Shown here: positions 36,935 to 47,382 of the stretch, in pieces | How positions within the stretch are numbered: the stretch's first letter is position 1 | How the letters are laid out: each line of letters begins with the position of its first letter | Program-made: the position numbers and the translations under genes | Source of the DNA: Candidatus Eutrophobius brisbanensis | Lineage (GTDB): Bacteria > Pseudomonadota > Gammaproteobacteria > Eutrophobiales > Eutrophobiaceae | Direction of reading: 5' to 3' | Assembly: GCA_038131795.1 (NCBI GenBank) | Contig: JAYPQE010000003.1 | Span: 1,446,048 to 1,510,047, forward strand | DNA length: 64,000 nt | Notes under the pieces: model-generated | What the model saw: the letters and a program-made list of their open reading frames with translations, nothing else | Databases searched by the model: none | Told to the model about the DNA's origin: nothing

Positions 36935-38275
36935 CTAGGCCGTCTCAATATCCAGGCGACCCGTGCTGTCTCCAAATGACTCCAGGTGCACACCCAGTTT
37001 GTCTAACAGGGTAAGGTACAGATTGGCAACCGGTGTCTTCTCCTGGTACCTGATGTGGATGCCACCATTTAGCTGACCTGCACCGCCACCGATAACAACC
37101 AGTGGCAGGTTTTGCATGAGGTGGTCGTTGCCATCACTAATGCCACTGCCATACAGGACAATGATGTTATCCAGCAATGTACCTTCCATATCCGGGGTGT
37201 CAGCCAGGCGGTCCAGATAATATCGCATTAACTCCATGTGATAATTATCTATTTTCTTAAGCTTGCCGAGTTTTTCAGGGCTACCCTGGTGATGGGAAAG
37301 GGAATGATGCACGTCAGGGATTCCAATCTCCTTGTAGGTGCGGTTACTCTGTTCCGGCCCCATCATAAAGGTAATGATACGGGTCATATCCGTCTGGTAC
37401 GCCAGTACCTGTAAATCAAACATTAATTTAAGGTGATCGGCAAAATTTGCCGGGACACCTGAAGGGCGTTCCACGGTTGGAATCTCACGGTCTGATTGCT
37501 GCTCAGCCATCTGGATCCTGCGTTCCACATCCCGCATTCCATCAAGGTATTCTGTAATCCTGACCCGGTCCTGGGGACCTACTTTCTTCATCATCCTTGA
37601 GGCGGCATCAGTTACCGCATCCAAAAGGCTCTTGTCTTTCTCTAACCTGGCCATCCGTACTTTGGGATCGGTGCTGTTATTATCACCAAATAACCTTTCA
37701 AATACTGCCCGGGGACGGTATTCAATGGGTAATGGTGTGGTGGGATTACGCCATGACAGGGTGTTCATAAAGGCGCAACTCCAACCTTTTTCACAGTGAC
37801 CGGTGACATCTGTTGAATGTAAACCCAGTTCCAGTGAGGCCAGCTGGGTATGTTGTCCAAGTTCCCTGGCAACGATTTGATCAACTGATATACCCGTCTC
37901 TCCGTAACGCAATGGATGCACACCGGTCAAAAATACACCACCTGCTCGTTCATGGGGTGCAGTTTCACCTTCCCCAGGTAGCGCATCACCTTCATTATTG
38001 TCCAACCCGGTGAGGACATGCAACTTGTCTTTATATTTTGCTATCGGTTCAAGAGAAGGACTTAATTCAAAATTTCTACCCGTAGCCTCAGGTGTCCACT
38101 GGGACATGTTCATACCATTAGGGGTATAGATGATAGAGAACCGGTTTACCTGGTCATGTTTATCTTTCGCAGCAGCCAGGGCGGGCACCATGGCATCGAG
38201 AAACGGTAATGCAATACTTGCACCGGTACCTTTGAGAAATGTTCTACGATCAATAGCTTTTTTAAATATCATCAT
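36935..38275 (-). CDS. DUF1552 (HXXSHH) family protein with a Tat signal (second gene of module 3)
   Basis: HHSLSHH motif. The start is at ATGATG (38275), preceded by GAGGAGGG. The ORF track extends to 38314. Confidence 0.8.
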   Translation of the reverse strand: MMIFKKAIDRRTFLKGTGASIALPFLDAMVPALAAAKDKHDQVNRFSIIYTPNGMNMSQWTPEATGRNFELSPSLEPIAKYKDKLHVLTGLDNNEGDALPGEGETAPHERAGGVFLTGVHPLRYGETGISVDQIVARELGQHTQLASLELGLHSTDVTGHCEKGWSCAFMNTLSWRNPTTPLPIEYRPRAVFERLFGDNNSTDPKVRMARLEKDKSLLDAVTDAASRMMKKVGPQDRVRITEYLDGMRDVERRIQMAEQQSDREIPTVERPSGVPANFADHLKLMFDLQVLAYQTDMTRIITFMMGPEQSNRTYKEIGIPDVHHSLSHHQGSPEKLGKLKKIDNYHMELMRYYLDRLADTPDMEGTLLDNIIVLYGSGISDGNDHLMQNLPLVVIGGGAGQLNGGIHIRYQEKTPVANLYLTLLDKLGVHLESFGDSTGRLDIETA

Positions 38276-40658
38276 GGCTGACGGCCCTCCTCGTCTGGAA
38301 AGGTGTACTTTCAACGATTGCTGTAATTAAAGAAGAAATCTTGTGTTTGTCATTTTTGGTCTTGCGCATAATCTCACGCATCGTGGCGGCATCCCGGTAA
38401 TTGACCTCTCTCCCCAACCCGTACGTCAGGATCTTTTCAACAAAGGTCAATATAAAATCTTCGCTGCGTTTTTCCAGAATGACCTCTTTGAGACCAGCAG
38501 GACCTGAAAATGGGGTACTGTCCGGCAATTCACCTGAGGGGTCAATGACTGAATCAGATGCAGCATCAACCGTCCGCCATTTGCCGATACCATCGTAATT
38601 TTCCAGGGCAAACCCAATGGGATCCATGACCTTGTGACAACTGGCACAGACCGGGTTGGCGCGGTGCTGTTCCATCCGCGCGCGCATGGACAACACCTTA
38701 CCCTGGTCATTTTTATCTCTTAATCCGGGTACATTAGGTGGCGGTGGTGGGGGGGGGGATCCCAGCAGGTTCTCCAGCACCCATTTACCCCGAATCACCG
38801 GTGATGTCCGGTTTGCATAGGAAGTAATGGTGAGTATGCTGCCCTGCCCCATCAGGCCACCCCTTGCCCTATCATCCAGATAGACCTTTCTAAAATGACT
38901 GCCATGAACATCCGGGATCCCATAAAAATTGGCCAGGCGTTCATTGACAAATGTATAGGGCGCATCAAGCATTTCCAGCAATGGTCGATCCTGCTTAATA
39001 ATATAATCAACAAACAACTCAGTTTCCTTTTTGAATGCGGCCCGCAAATTATCATCAAAATAAGGAAATAATTCAGTATCAGGCGCGACGGCATTTAACC
39101 GCCCGAGGTTTAGCCACTGCAGGGCAAAGTTATTCAACAGTGCATCGGCACGTGGATCATTTAACATCCGTTGTACCTGCTGGTTTAACACCTTTGAATT
39201 CTGGATTTTTCCGGACTCGGCTAATGCCAGTAATTCGTCGTCGGGGAAACTGCTCCAGATAAAAAGTGCTAATTTGGTTACCAGTTCATTAGGAGAGATT
39301 TTGAATGTTTCACCCTCTGCCAGACTACCTGGTTGTTCCTCGAGTATGAACAGGAATTCCGGTCCAGCGAGTATCCTTTCAACAGCCAGGCCGATCCCCT
39401 CATCAAAACTACCTTCTGACTGGCCGCGTTTAAAAAATGCCATTAATTCCTGCATCTCGCCATCCGCGGGCTGCCGCCTGAAGGCACGGGTTGCCAGTTT
39501 TCTCAAAATAGATTCCGCACATTTCACATCGTTGATACTCGATGGTTTGCAGCTATAAATCATTTCCCGGCTGATTGTCTCGGCCATGCCATCTCGATTA
39601 AATGGTCCGCCCACTGATACGGAGCGAATACCCGGCAATCCGCCCTTGTACTGTGAAAAATCGTAATTGGTATGCTTGGGATAGACAGGGGTTTCTGCGA
39701 TGGAATTATCTTTCAGGAACGTGGCAACAACCTGATGATACCCGGCTTCACTATAAAACCTGACATATAAAGCATCATCTGCAGACCGTTCATAATGCTC
39801 CTGGGCAATATCACCCTGCGATGCGGTGGAAAAGATCCCGGAAGATCGTCCATGCTTTTCGCCACCTATGCTAATCAGATCTAGTTGCTTGCCATCAAGA
39901 CGAAAATCTACCTTATGCGCGTAATCCTGAAGACCACGTATATAGTCCCGGGAGTTACGTTGTAATCGTACCTGAATTTCATATTCACCATTGGCCGGGA
40001 AGTAATGTTGTACCGCAATGCCTCCACGGGAACCAAAAGGTAGATCTTCACCCAGTCGTTCTTCCTGGCGTGTGTTATTTGTTAAGGTATATATTTCATA
40101 GACAGGTTGAATATTAGAATCGCCCAGGGCCTGCCGCCTGACCTTTCTTGCCGCGGCGATATATTGTTCCGTCAATACCGGTGACAAGGTCAAGACATTA
40201 CCTATATTGTTAAACCCGAACATAATATCATCCGGTGGTAATAAGGACTCTTCCTCGATCTCAACACCCAACAGGTCACGAATAACGTTGGCATACTCGG
40301 TCCGGTTAATCCTGCGCATTGCGGCACGGCCCGGTTGCGGATTGGCTCTGGCATAGTCATCCAGTCCACTTTCCAGAAATTGTGAAAAACCATTATAGGT
40401 TTCAGCATCTGGCCTGGGCATACCTGATGGAGGCATGGATCGTACTTTTAATTTACGTAAAACCTTCTCCCACTTCTCAGCACCGCCGCCTAAATCGCGG
40501 GTATTCACATCCTGTAATGTTAACCCCGCGGTTTTCAACTGGTCGTTATGACAAGTTACGCAATACTGATCCACCACTGACTGGTATTTTTCAGCCAGCG
40601 ACTGGGCTGAGCATGTCACGCTCAATATAGATAGTAGTATGAAATAGTAGATACGCAT
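38262..40658 (-). CDS. Secreted DUF1587/1592/1595/1588/1585-type di-CxxCH protein (first gene of module 3)
   Basis: CVTCHND and CASCHKVMDPIGFALENYD motifs. It is 798 aa long. Confidence 0.8.
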   Translation of the reverse strand: MRIYYFILLSILSVTCSAQSLAEKYQSVVDQYCVTCHNDQLKTAGLTLQDVNTRDLGGGAEKWEKVLRKLKVRSMPPSGMPRPDAETYNGFSQFLESGLDDYARANPQPGRAAMRRINRTEYANVIRDLLGVEIEEESLLPPDDIMFGFNNIGNVLTLSPVLTEQYIAAARKVRRQALGDSNIQPVYEIYTLTNNTRQEERLGEDLPFGSRGGIAVQHYFPANGEYEIQVRLQRNSRDYIRGLQDYAHKVDFRLDGKQLDLISIGGEKHGRSSGIFSTASQGDIAQEHYERSADDALYVRFYSEAGYHQVVATFLKDNSIAETPVYPKHTNYDFSQYKGGLPGIRSVSVGGPFNRDGMAETISREMIYSCKPSSINDVKCAESILRKLATRAFRRQPADGEMQELMAFFKRGQSEGSFDEGIGLAVERILAGPEFLFILEEQPGSLAEGETFKISPNELVTKLALFIWSSFPDDELLALAESGKIQNSKVLNQQVQRMLNDPRADALLNNFALQWLNLGRLNAVAPDTELFPYFDDNLRAAFKKETELFVDYIIKQDRPLLEMLDAPYTFVNERLANFYGIPDVHGSHFRKVYLDDRARGGLMGQGSILTITSYANRTSPVIRGKWVLENLLGSPPPPPPPNVPGLRDKNDQGKVLSMRARMEQHRANPVCASCHKVMDPIGFALENYDGIGKWRTVDAASDSVIDPSGELPDSTPFSGPAGLKEVILEKRSEDFILTFVEKILTYGLGREVNYRDAATMREIMRKTKNDKHKISSLITAIVESTPFQTRRAVSHDDI

Positions 40659-40929
40659 TCAATCCCCCTGCATGACCTGAAAAGATATTATTACTCAGGT
40701 ACTTAATGTCCAAGTATATGAAGTAAAATAGCTGATATCAAACCATACCTGCTAGTTTACCGATTTTATCGGGCGCCCGTTTTTTAACCGTAGGTAATGA
40801 TAAATATAATATTGTTTACTTTGGATAGCGGATATCTTGACATTAATCCGGTAATGGGTCATTTTCAGCTTACAAAGCATCATCATGTCGATCCATTTGA
40901 ATATCAAAATTATGATTGAGGGGCCATAA

Positions 40930-42789
40930 ATGAGCACAGATGAAAAAGGCAGTGAAAATACAATAAAAAGAAGAGAATTTATTAAAGGTGCTGGTATGGG
41001 CGCGGCAGCCGTTGTAGGGGGTAGCGCAATCAATACCGCATCTGCTCAATCAAGCCAGGTACCCGAATCATACAATATCCCTGACAATTGGGACCTTGAA
41101 GCAGATGTGGTCATTATCGGCTCTGGGCCAACTGGACTGGTTGCGGCAAATCGTGCCAGGGATGCAGGGGCCTCAGTCATTGTGGTCGATGCAAACTATG
41201 ATGTTGGTGGTCATGGCCTGATGAATGGTGGTCAAATCCATCTGGGTGGCGGAACGGCCATGCAAAAGAAATACGGGATTGAAGACGATCCGGACACCTA
41301 TTTCAAAGACCTCACTGACTGGTCGGTGGTGGAAACCAATGGCATGCCCGATTACCGTTACAACGACAGGGGTGTACAACGCGCTATTGCAGACAATGCA
41401 GCAGCTACGTTCGATTACCTGGTGGAAAATGGTGTTGAATTTGTAGATATGGCGCCGGCAACTGCCGGTGGGCATGCGGTGGGACTATCAGCACCTCGTG
41501 GACATTATGTAATCTGGACCAAAGGTCAAAGTGCAGAAAGCCCAAGGGGCGGCGGGGGTACGGCCATTTATCGAGCCCTGGAAGTCAGTGCCAGAAATAA
41601 AGGGGTAAAATTTGTCCTTAATTACCACATGGACGTTATCTACCGCGAACAACCCAACAAAGGACGGGTTCTGGGAATCAAGGCCCATCATTCCCCACGT
41701 TACCTCCCGGGTGAATCCACACCCATGAAGAGTTTTCACTCAAAAGGGAATGTTGATATGGACCGGCCACATATTACTGTGAAGGCCAAAAAATCTATCC
41801 TGGTGGGGACCGGTGGTCATACGGGCAACCTGAATTTTAGACGTATTTTTGATCCCAGGATGACTGAAGAATATCAACTGGCTGGCAGCCCCTTTTCGGA
41901 CCAAGATGCCAGCGGTGAAATCGCCGCCATGGAAATCGGCGCTTCGATATGGGGAGCAGCAAACCAGGTCATGGAACGAAACGGTTATTTCAGGAAACGT
42001 CCAGTCATTGGCTGTAAACATACCTATATTGAATGGACTCCGGACAGCATCCTGTTTCCATTTGTCAAAGCCACTGGCCTTAAGGTCAGGAGTTTCAGAA
42101 ATATGATCCTGGTCAACCAGATGGGTAAGCGATTCTACAATGAATTGGGGGCAAGCTGGCCCTACGGCACCCACCATGGAGACATTGATGGATATAAACA
42201 GGGTGACTGGCGCAACCCCATGAAACGACCATATAAACCTGACAACTGGCTGGATGCCGCCATTGCACCCAATGAAGGGTCAACTCCCCCTGATTATGCT
42301 GCTGGACCAATCTGGGCCATCTTTGATTCAGAAGCAGTTGCAAGGGAAAAATGGGACCTATCACCACCGGCAACGGACCCTGAATATTTCTTCAGCGCTG
42401 ATACGATTGAAGAATTGGCAAGAAAGATCAAAAAAAACCCGTATCAAAAAGTAGATATGCCGGAAGACAATCTCACTGCCACGGTAAAACGCTTTAACCA
42501 GATCGTGGAGTTTGGCTACGACCCTGATTTTGAGCAACCCAATCCCCGGTATAAGTTTAATGCCCCACCCTATTATGCTGCCTGGGCCACTCCGGTGATT
42601 CATGACACCTATGCAGGACTTCGCATTAATATGAAATGCCAGGTAGTAGATATGAATGGTGAAGTGATTGAAGGTCTGTACTGCGGCGGTGAATCTGCCG
42701 GCGGTTGCAGTCAGCACGGTCAGGGGCGATGTACCACCCAGGGTTATATCGCCGGCGGCCACCTTGCAAAAGAAAAGGCATGGAGCTAA
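40930..42789 (+). CDS. Tat-exported FAD-dependent oxidoreductase (fumarate reductase/KstD-like flavoprotein family)
   Basis: Tat motif RREFIKGAGMGAAAVV, the dinucleotide-binding motif VIIGSGPTGLVAA, and a C-terminal GGESAGG flavoprotein block. Confidence 0.75.
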   Translation: MSTDEKGSENTIKRREFIKGAGMGAAAVVGGSAINTASAQSSQVPESYNIPDNWDLEADVVIIGSGPTGLVAANRARDAGASVIVVDANYDVGGHGLMNGGQIHLGGGTAMQKKYGIEDDPDTYFKDLTDWSVVETNGMPDYRYNDRGVQRAIADNAAATFDYLVENGVEFVDMAPATAGGHAVGLSAPRGHYVIWTKGQSAESPRGGGGTAIYRALEVSARNKGVKFVLNYHMDVIYREQPNKGRVLGIKAHHSPRYLPGESTPMKSFHSKGNVDMDRPHITVKAKKSILVGTGGHTGNLNFRRIFDPRMTEEYQLAGSPFSDQDASGEIAAMEIGASIWGAANQVMERNGYFRKRPVIGCKHTYIEWTPDSILFPFVKATGLKVRSFRNMILVNQMGKRFYNELGASWPYGTHHGDIDGYKQGDWRNPMKRPYKPDNWLDAAIAPNEGSTPPDYAAGPIWAIFDSEAVAREKWDLSPPATDPEYFFSADTIEELARKIKKNPYQKVDMPEDNLTATVKRFNQIVEFGYDPDFEQPNPRYKFNAPPYYAAWATPVIHDTYAGLRINMKCQVVDMNGEVIEGLYCGGESAGGCSQHGQGRCTTQGYIAGGHLAKEKAWS

Positions 42790-42875
42790 TAACACGGGGC
42801 AAGGGTAAATACATATTCAATCTATAATAAAACCTGAACCGTCAGGACGGCATGGTTTGTCCTGAACAAAATCTA

Positions 42876-43346
42876 ATGGTGACGATAAAACAGTCTGGCC
42901 AATACCAACCTGGATTTACCCTGGTCGAGTTCTCCATCGCCATACTTGTGGCTGCCCTGGTAATCGGTACGGCAACACCAGCATACATTTATCTCGTCAA
43001 CAAAGCGCGTACAACTAAAACCATTGATGAAATTAGAAGTATGCAACGGAAAATTGATCGCTACGAAAGAAAGAATAATCGCTATCCCGATTCTTTACTG
43101 GATATATACCCTCAACAACCCATGGATGCCTGGGGTAATTTTTATGAGTACCTGAATATCAGGAATGCAACAAATCCAAATCTGATTAACCCTAGAACTG
43201 ATAATAATTTTAAAAAATTAAATATCGATTATGACCTCTTTAGTACAGGCGCAGATGCCCTTAGCCTGGGTCCCATTGGCGCCAGTGAAAGTCAGGACGA
43301 TATATTACGCGGTGATAATGGTGATTATATCGGTCTGGCCAGATAA
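42876..43346 (+). CDS. Prepilin-type N-terminal cleavage/methylation domain protein (pseudopilin/pilin-like)
   Basis: Class III leader ...QPG|FTLVEFSIAILVAALVIG, with Gly at -1 and Glu at +5. It stands alone, with no secretion genes adjacent. Confidence 0.6.
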   Translation: MVTIKQSGQYQPGFTLVEFSIAILVAALVIGTATPAYIYLVNKARTTKTIDEIRSMQRKIDRYERKNNRYPDSLLDIYPQQPMDAWGNFYEYLNIRNATNPNLINPRTDNNFKKLNIDYDLFSTGADALSLGPIGASESQDDILRGDNGDYIGLAR

Positions 43347-43448
43347 TATTAGTCCATAATCCATATTATTTTCACTTATTTAGTCAGCAATAAAGACTTA
43401 TATTAGGTATTATTGCGCCACTTTTTTCTTGTCTGAGGTCAGGCCCGC

Positions 43449-45560
43449 ATGAAGTCGATTTGTCGCAATTCGAAATTTATATGTATATATCTTATCGCCT
43501 ATTCTGTATCTGTCTTTTCCCAGACCAGCGAAGTCTCCCCCCCTGATGATAGCGATGCTCAGGTTGTCAGTTACCCTGCGTCTTTTTTTGAACGATACCA
43601 ACCCAGTACTGCACTGGAGATCGTCAACCAGGTCCCGGGGTTTATTTTAAATGATGGAGATTCCGAACGGGGGTTTGGCGGTTCAGTAGGAAATGTACTC
43701 ATCAACGACAGACGACCCAGTGCCAAACAGGACCCTCCTTCTCAAATCCTCAGCCGTATCCCGGCCAGCCTGGTTGAACGGGTGGAATTAATCAGGGGGC
43801 AGGTTAGAAATATCGACCTTCAGGGATTTACCGTAGTGGCCAATGTTATCATCCTGCAGGATGCAGAAGCCGCGGCACGCTGGGAGTCAGCGATGCGATA
43901 TAACTTTTCTGTTTTCCCGGTGACCTGGTCAGGTGGTGTCTCTGTATCTGATAAATGGGGTGATATTGAGTTCAATGCAGGAATAAGCGGCAGGACGGGT
44001 TCATCCGGTGACTCCGGCACGGATGATGAATTTGATGCAACAGGCACACTGACAGAATCTATCATTGAAAGCTTTATAAACAAAGCGGACAGTGGATCAG
44101 GCAACCTGAATGCATCCACCTGGTTTGGAGAAACCTTTGTCCAGCTAAATACCGAATTATTTTTTGAACAGCGGGATATGCATCGCAGCACTCATATCTT
44201 CCCTCAACTCCTGGGAGAATCCCAAAGCAGGGAAACCATAGATGGCGATTCAAACCTCTACCGTTTTGAACTGGGCATGGATGCGGAACGCCTGCTACAG
44301 ACAGACCTTCTGGGAAAGGCCATCTTTCTTTTTTCATATGAAGATTATGAACGAGTGAATGATGAGCTGAATTTCAATGCCTCAAACATCGAAGTCCTGC
44401 AACAAATTGCTGATGAAGATACCGAGACAACAGAGATCATCTCAAGACTGGAGTTTGATTGGGTCAGGTGGCAGAACCATACAGTGCAGGCAAACTTTGA
44501 AGTTGCCTACAACGTTCTGGACAACTCGCTGGCACAGACACGAGATACTGGCGCAGGTCCGGTTGAACGCGTAGTTCCTGGAGCAAACTCCAAGGTGAAG
44601 GAAATTCGTGGGGATTTTGAAGTACAGGACACCTGGTCACTGGGGGCATTTGAACTGGAGCTGGGACTGGGTGGAGAAGTTTCCAATATCTCGCAGTCAG
44701 GGGATGCGGTTGAAGAACGAGACTTTTTCTTCTTGAAGCCCCTGGCCAATTTCACCTATTCACCAAATCAACAATCGCAGACCCGGGTAAGGCTGTTTAG
44801 AGAAGTCGCCCAACTAGACTTTAATGATTTTGTCAGTACGGTAGTATTTGAGGATGATGAACGGGCACTGGGTAATCCCAATCTCAGACCCGAAACCACC
44901 TGGATAAGTGAAGCAAGTCATGAACGACGGTTCGGAGATGTTGGTGTGGTAACTGTAACGGCCTTTCATCACTGGATATCTGATGTTCAGGACTTGTTAC
45001 CAGTCACGGAAGAAGATGAAGTGCCAGGCAATATTGGAAATGGCCGACGTTGGGGACTGGAACTGGAGAGCGCATTTCCACTGGACTGGATTGGTCTTGA
45101 AAGCAGTCGATTGGATATTCAAACAAGATGGCAGGATTCATCAGTTACCGATCCCGTGACTAACCAGAAACGGGTCTTAACCTCCTCACGAGGATACCCC
45201 AAACCCCTGCCCTTCAGAGATGAACTGGAGTTCATTATCATTGCCAAATTCAGACAGGATTTTAAAGACGCCAAAGTCTCATGGGGAATTGAAGGTAGAG
45301 AACGCAGCAGTCGTCCTATCTTCAGAGTGGATGAACTGGAAGTATTCAATGAAACTACAGAGGTTAATGCCTTTATCGAGACAACACGTTTCTGGGATAT
45401 GAAGATCCGCCTGGAAGGACAGGATATTCTCGATTTCAACCAATGGCGAAACCGTACGTTTTTTGCCGGCAGACGGGATTTAACGCCCGTTCAAAGTCGA
45501 ATGCGTATTTTGCGACACGATGGCGCAAGATTGTTTTTATCGGTTAGCGGCAACTTCTGA
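43449..45560 (+). CDS. TonB-dependent outer-membrane receptor
   Basis: Signal peptide, plug-domain blocks (ALEIVNQVPGF, NVLINDRRP, VERVELIRG), a long beta-barrel region, and a C-terminal aromatic residue (GNF). Confidence 0.75.
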   Translation: MKSICRNSKFICIYLIAYSVSVFSQTSEVSPPDDSDAQVVSYPASFFERYQPSTALEIVNQVPGFILNDGDSERGFGGSVGNVLINDRRPSAKQDPPSQILSRIPASLVERVELIRGQVRNIDLQGFTVVANVIILQDAEAAARWESAMRYNFSVFPVTWSGGVSVSDKWGDIEFNAGISGRTGSSGDSGTDDEFDATGTLTESIIESFINKADSGSGNLNASTWFGETFVQLNTELFFEQRDMHRSTHIFPQLLGESQSRETIDGDSNLYRFELGMDAERLLQTDLLGKAIFLFSYEDYERVNDELNFNASNIEVLQQIADEDTETTEIISRLEFDWVRWQNHTVQANFEVAYNVLDNSLAQTRDTGAGPVERVVPGANSKVKEIRGDFEVQDTWSLGAFELELGLGGEVSNISQSGDAVEERDFFFLKPLANFTYSPNQQSQTRVRLFREVAQLDFNDFVSTVVFEDDERALGNPNLRPETTWISEASHERRFGDVGVVTVTAFHHWISDVQDLLPVTEEDEVPGNIGNGRRWGLELESAFPLDWIGLESSRLDIQTRWQDSSVTDPVTNQKRVLTSSRGYPKPLPFRDELEFIIIAKFRQDFKDAKVSWGIEGRERSSRPIFRVDELEVFNETTEVNAFIETTRFWDMKIRLEGQDILDFNQWRNRTFFAGRRDLTPVQSRMRILRHDGARLFLSVSGNF

Positions 45561-46598
45561 GTTGATTTTTATATCAGCAACTACTCGAATAATATGGTCT
45601 TCAATCAGGTCGGTTAATATCCGCCTATGACTGCGGCGCTCCTGGTGTGGCGTGCTGCTTGATGTAGTTACGATCACCAGATCAAGTTTCGGTACCAGGA
45701 TGATGTATTGCCCGCCATATCCCCAGGCATAACTCGTCTCAAAACCGGCCATTTGTTTAAGCCACCAGCCATAGCCGTAGTAACGGCCTCTTTCCCGCGT
45801 GGAAATGGCATGCTTTTGAAATGATCGACTTATCCAGTCTACAGTTACAATCTGTTGGTTTTTAAATTGTCCGCCATTTAGAAATAACTCGCCGAATTTC
45901 AACATTTGCCTGGCCGTCATTTCCATATCATTACCACCGAAATAAATACCTTGCGGGTCCTGTGGCCAGGACGCCAGCCTAAACTCCAATGGTTTCCCCA
46001 GGTATTCCCTTGCAAACTCCAGCGTACTTATACCAGTTGCCCTCGTTAATATGGCAGATAACAAATGTGTGTTAGCGGTACTGTAGCGCATTACCGTACC
46101 CGGGCTGGCTTCCATGGGCTGTGAAAGTGCGAATTCTATCCAGTCTTTACTCAGGACCCATGCGCCATAATTTCTATTACTGGTAGGCCTTAACCCTGAT
46201 TGCATAGTGAGTAGATCTGCGATCGTGATATTATTTTTTTCATCGCTAAAATTATCTGCAGGTATATTATCGAAATACTTATTGATCGGCTCATTCACGC
46301 CTTGTATATACCCTTGCTCTACAGCGATACCAATTAATGCAGAAATTATACTTTTTGATGCAGATTTAATATTGAACAGTTTATTTTTGTTACTGCCATT
46401 AAAATATTCTTCCAGATAAATGTCACCATCCACACTGACGATGACACCATATAATCTGTCCATTTCGCTGGCCACCTTCAGGAACTGACTAAAATCAACA
46501 GCATGATGGGAGCGCGCTTCCTGCTCTGCAATCACCAAATTTGGCAAAAAACTACAGACAGCAAGTATCAATCCGAAAATATATTTTTCTATTCGCAT
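45537..46598 (-). CDS. Serine hydrolase of the beta-lactamase/transpeptidase-like fold
   Basis: Signal peptide and an S-x-x-K active-site motif (KSASKSI). It converges on and overlaps the TonB receptor gene by 24 nt. Confidence 0.75.
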   Translation of the reverse strand: MRIEKYIFGLILAVCSFLPNLVIAEQEARSHHAVDFSQFLKVASEMDRLYGVIVSVDGDIYLEEYFNGSNKNKLFNIKSASKSIISALIGIAVEQGYIQGVNEPINKYFDNIPADNFSDEKNNITIADLLTMQSGLRPTSNRNYGAWVLSKDWIEFALSQPMEASPGTVMRYSTANTHLLSAILTRATGISTLEFAREYLGKPLEFRLASWPQDPQGIYFGGNDMEMTARQMLKFGELFLNGGQFKNQQIVTVDWISRSFQKHAISTRERGRYYGYGWWLKQMAGFETSYAWGYGGQYIILVPKLDLVIVTTSSSTPHQERRSHRRILTDLIEDHIIRVVADIKINSEVAANR

Positions 46599-46680
46599 AT
46601 TTATCTACAATTAGTTTTACAAACAGGAACAAAATACAATCATATTGTAAATCTCATCAATATTCATTAATTTAGGGCCA

Positions 46681-47300
46681 TGTCTGATTTGATTAACGGG
46701 AAAAGTAATTACCTATTTCTGGCGGGAAATGAGAATGCTGTTATCAGATAACATACCGGAGACAGACTACTAAATGAACGCCAATTAACCAAATAGGTTA
46801 ATGTAATACAAAACCGAAAAATATATTTAGATAATAATAGTATTAATTATTACTTACAAGTGATTCCGGATAAACATGCTGTCTACACACAATTTCTTCC
46901 TGACGATATCATATTTGGAAAGAGATGTAATATAGACTTATTTCTGGAAGCCGTCAGTCCAGTCTTGCAAACCCGTTTAAATTATCCACTTGATGTAATC
47001 AAAGCTGAAAGTACTCAACATCAGGTTTATTTCAAATAGGATCCCCATTGGACTGACAGTGGAGCATATATAGCTTACCTAGAATTAATGAAAATAATAT
47101 AAGAGGATTTACATGAGTTAAATATCATAGACAACCCTGTCTTTACTCCTGGCACATTCTAGGGTGACCTTGCAAGAATGGCGGAAATTGAGACTGAAGT
47201 CGGCGTGACCATATTGGCCGAACCTCGTTCATCTCCCGCCCCCCATTTGGATGGACAGCGCTCAGCTTCACTGGCGATTTCCCAATCTTGTGCCATTACA
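46681..47300 (+). pseudogene. Decayed AlgJ/AlgX-like (DHHW-motif, SGNH-like) O-acyltransferase gene remnant
   Basis: Across frames 1 and 3 (one frameshift) I read KSNYLFLAGNENAVIR*, then ...VIPDKHAVYTQFLPDDI...QVYFK*DPHWTDSGAYIAYLELMKII*. These resemble the conserved blocks of AlgJ/DHHW-family proteins, but several stops and a frameshift interrupt them. The region is AT-rich and has no intact ORF. Confidence 0.4.
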
Positions 47301-47359
47301 TTTGTTTGAAGAAAAAAAAGAGGCATAAATGCAATGCCTATCATTTGGAATCTAGACAT
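47159..47359 (-). CDS. Possible small secreted protein of 66 aa
   Basis: It has a signal-peptide-like N-terminus and lies directly downstream of the amidase gene. I have no other support for it. Confidence 0.2.
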   Translation of the reverse strand: MSRFQMIGIAFMPLFFLQTNVMAQDWEIASEAERCPSKWGAGDERGSANMVTPTSVSISAILARSP

Positions 47360-47382
47360 GGTCGAAGCTCCTTATCATTTGC

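Noticed and set aside
41173-42795. Cluster of minus-strand ORFs (60-145 aa) inside the FAD-oxidoreductase gene
   Set aside because: They lie wholly within, and antisense to, a well-supported 619-aa gene that has Tat and FAD-binding motifs.
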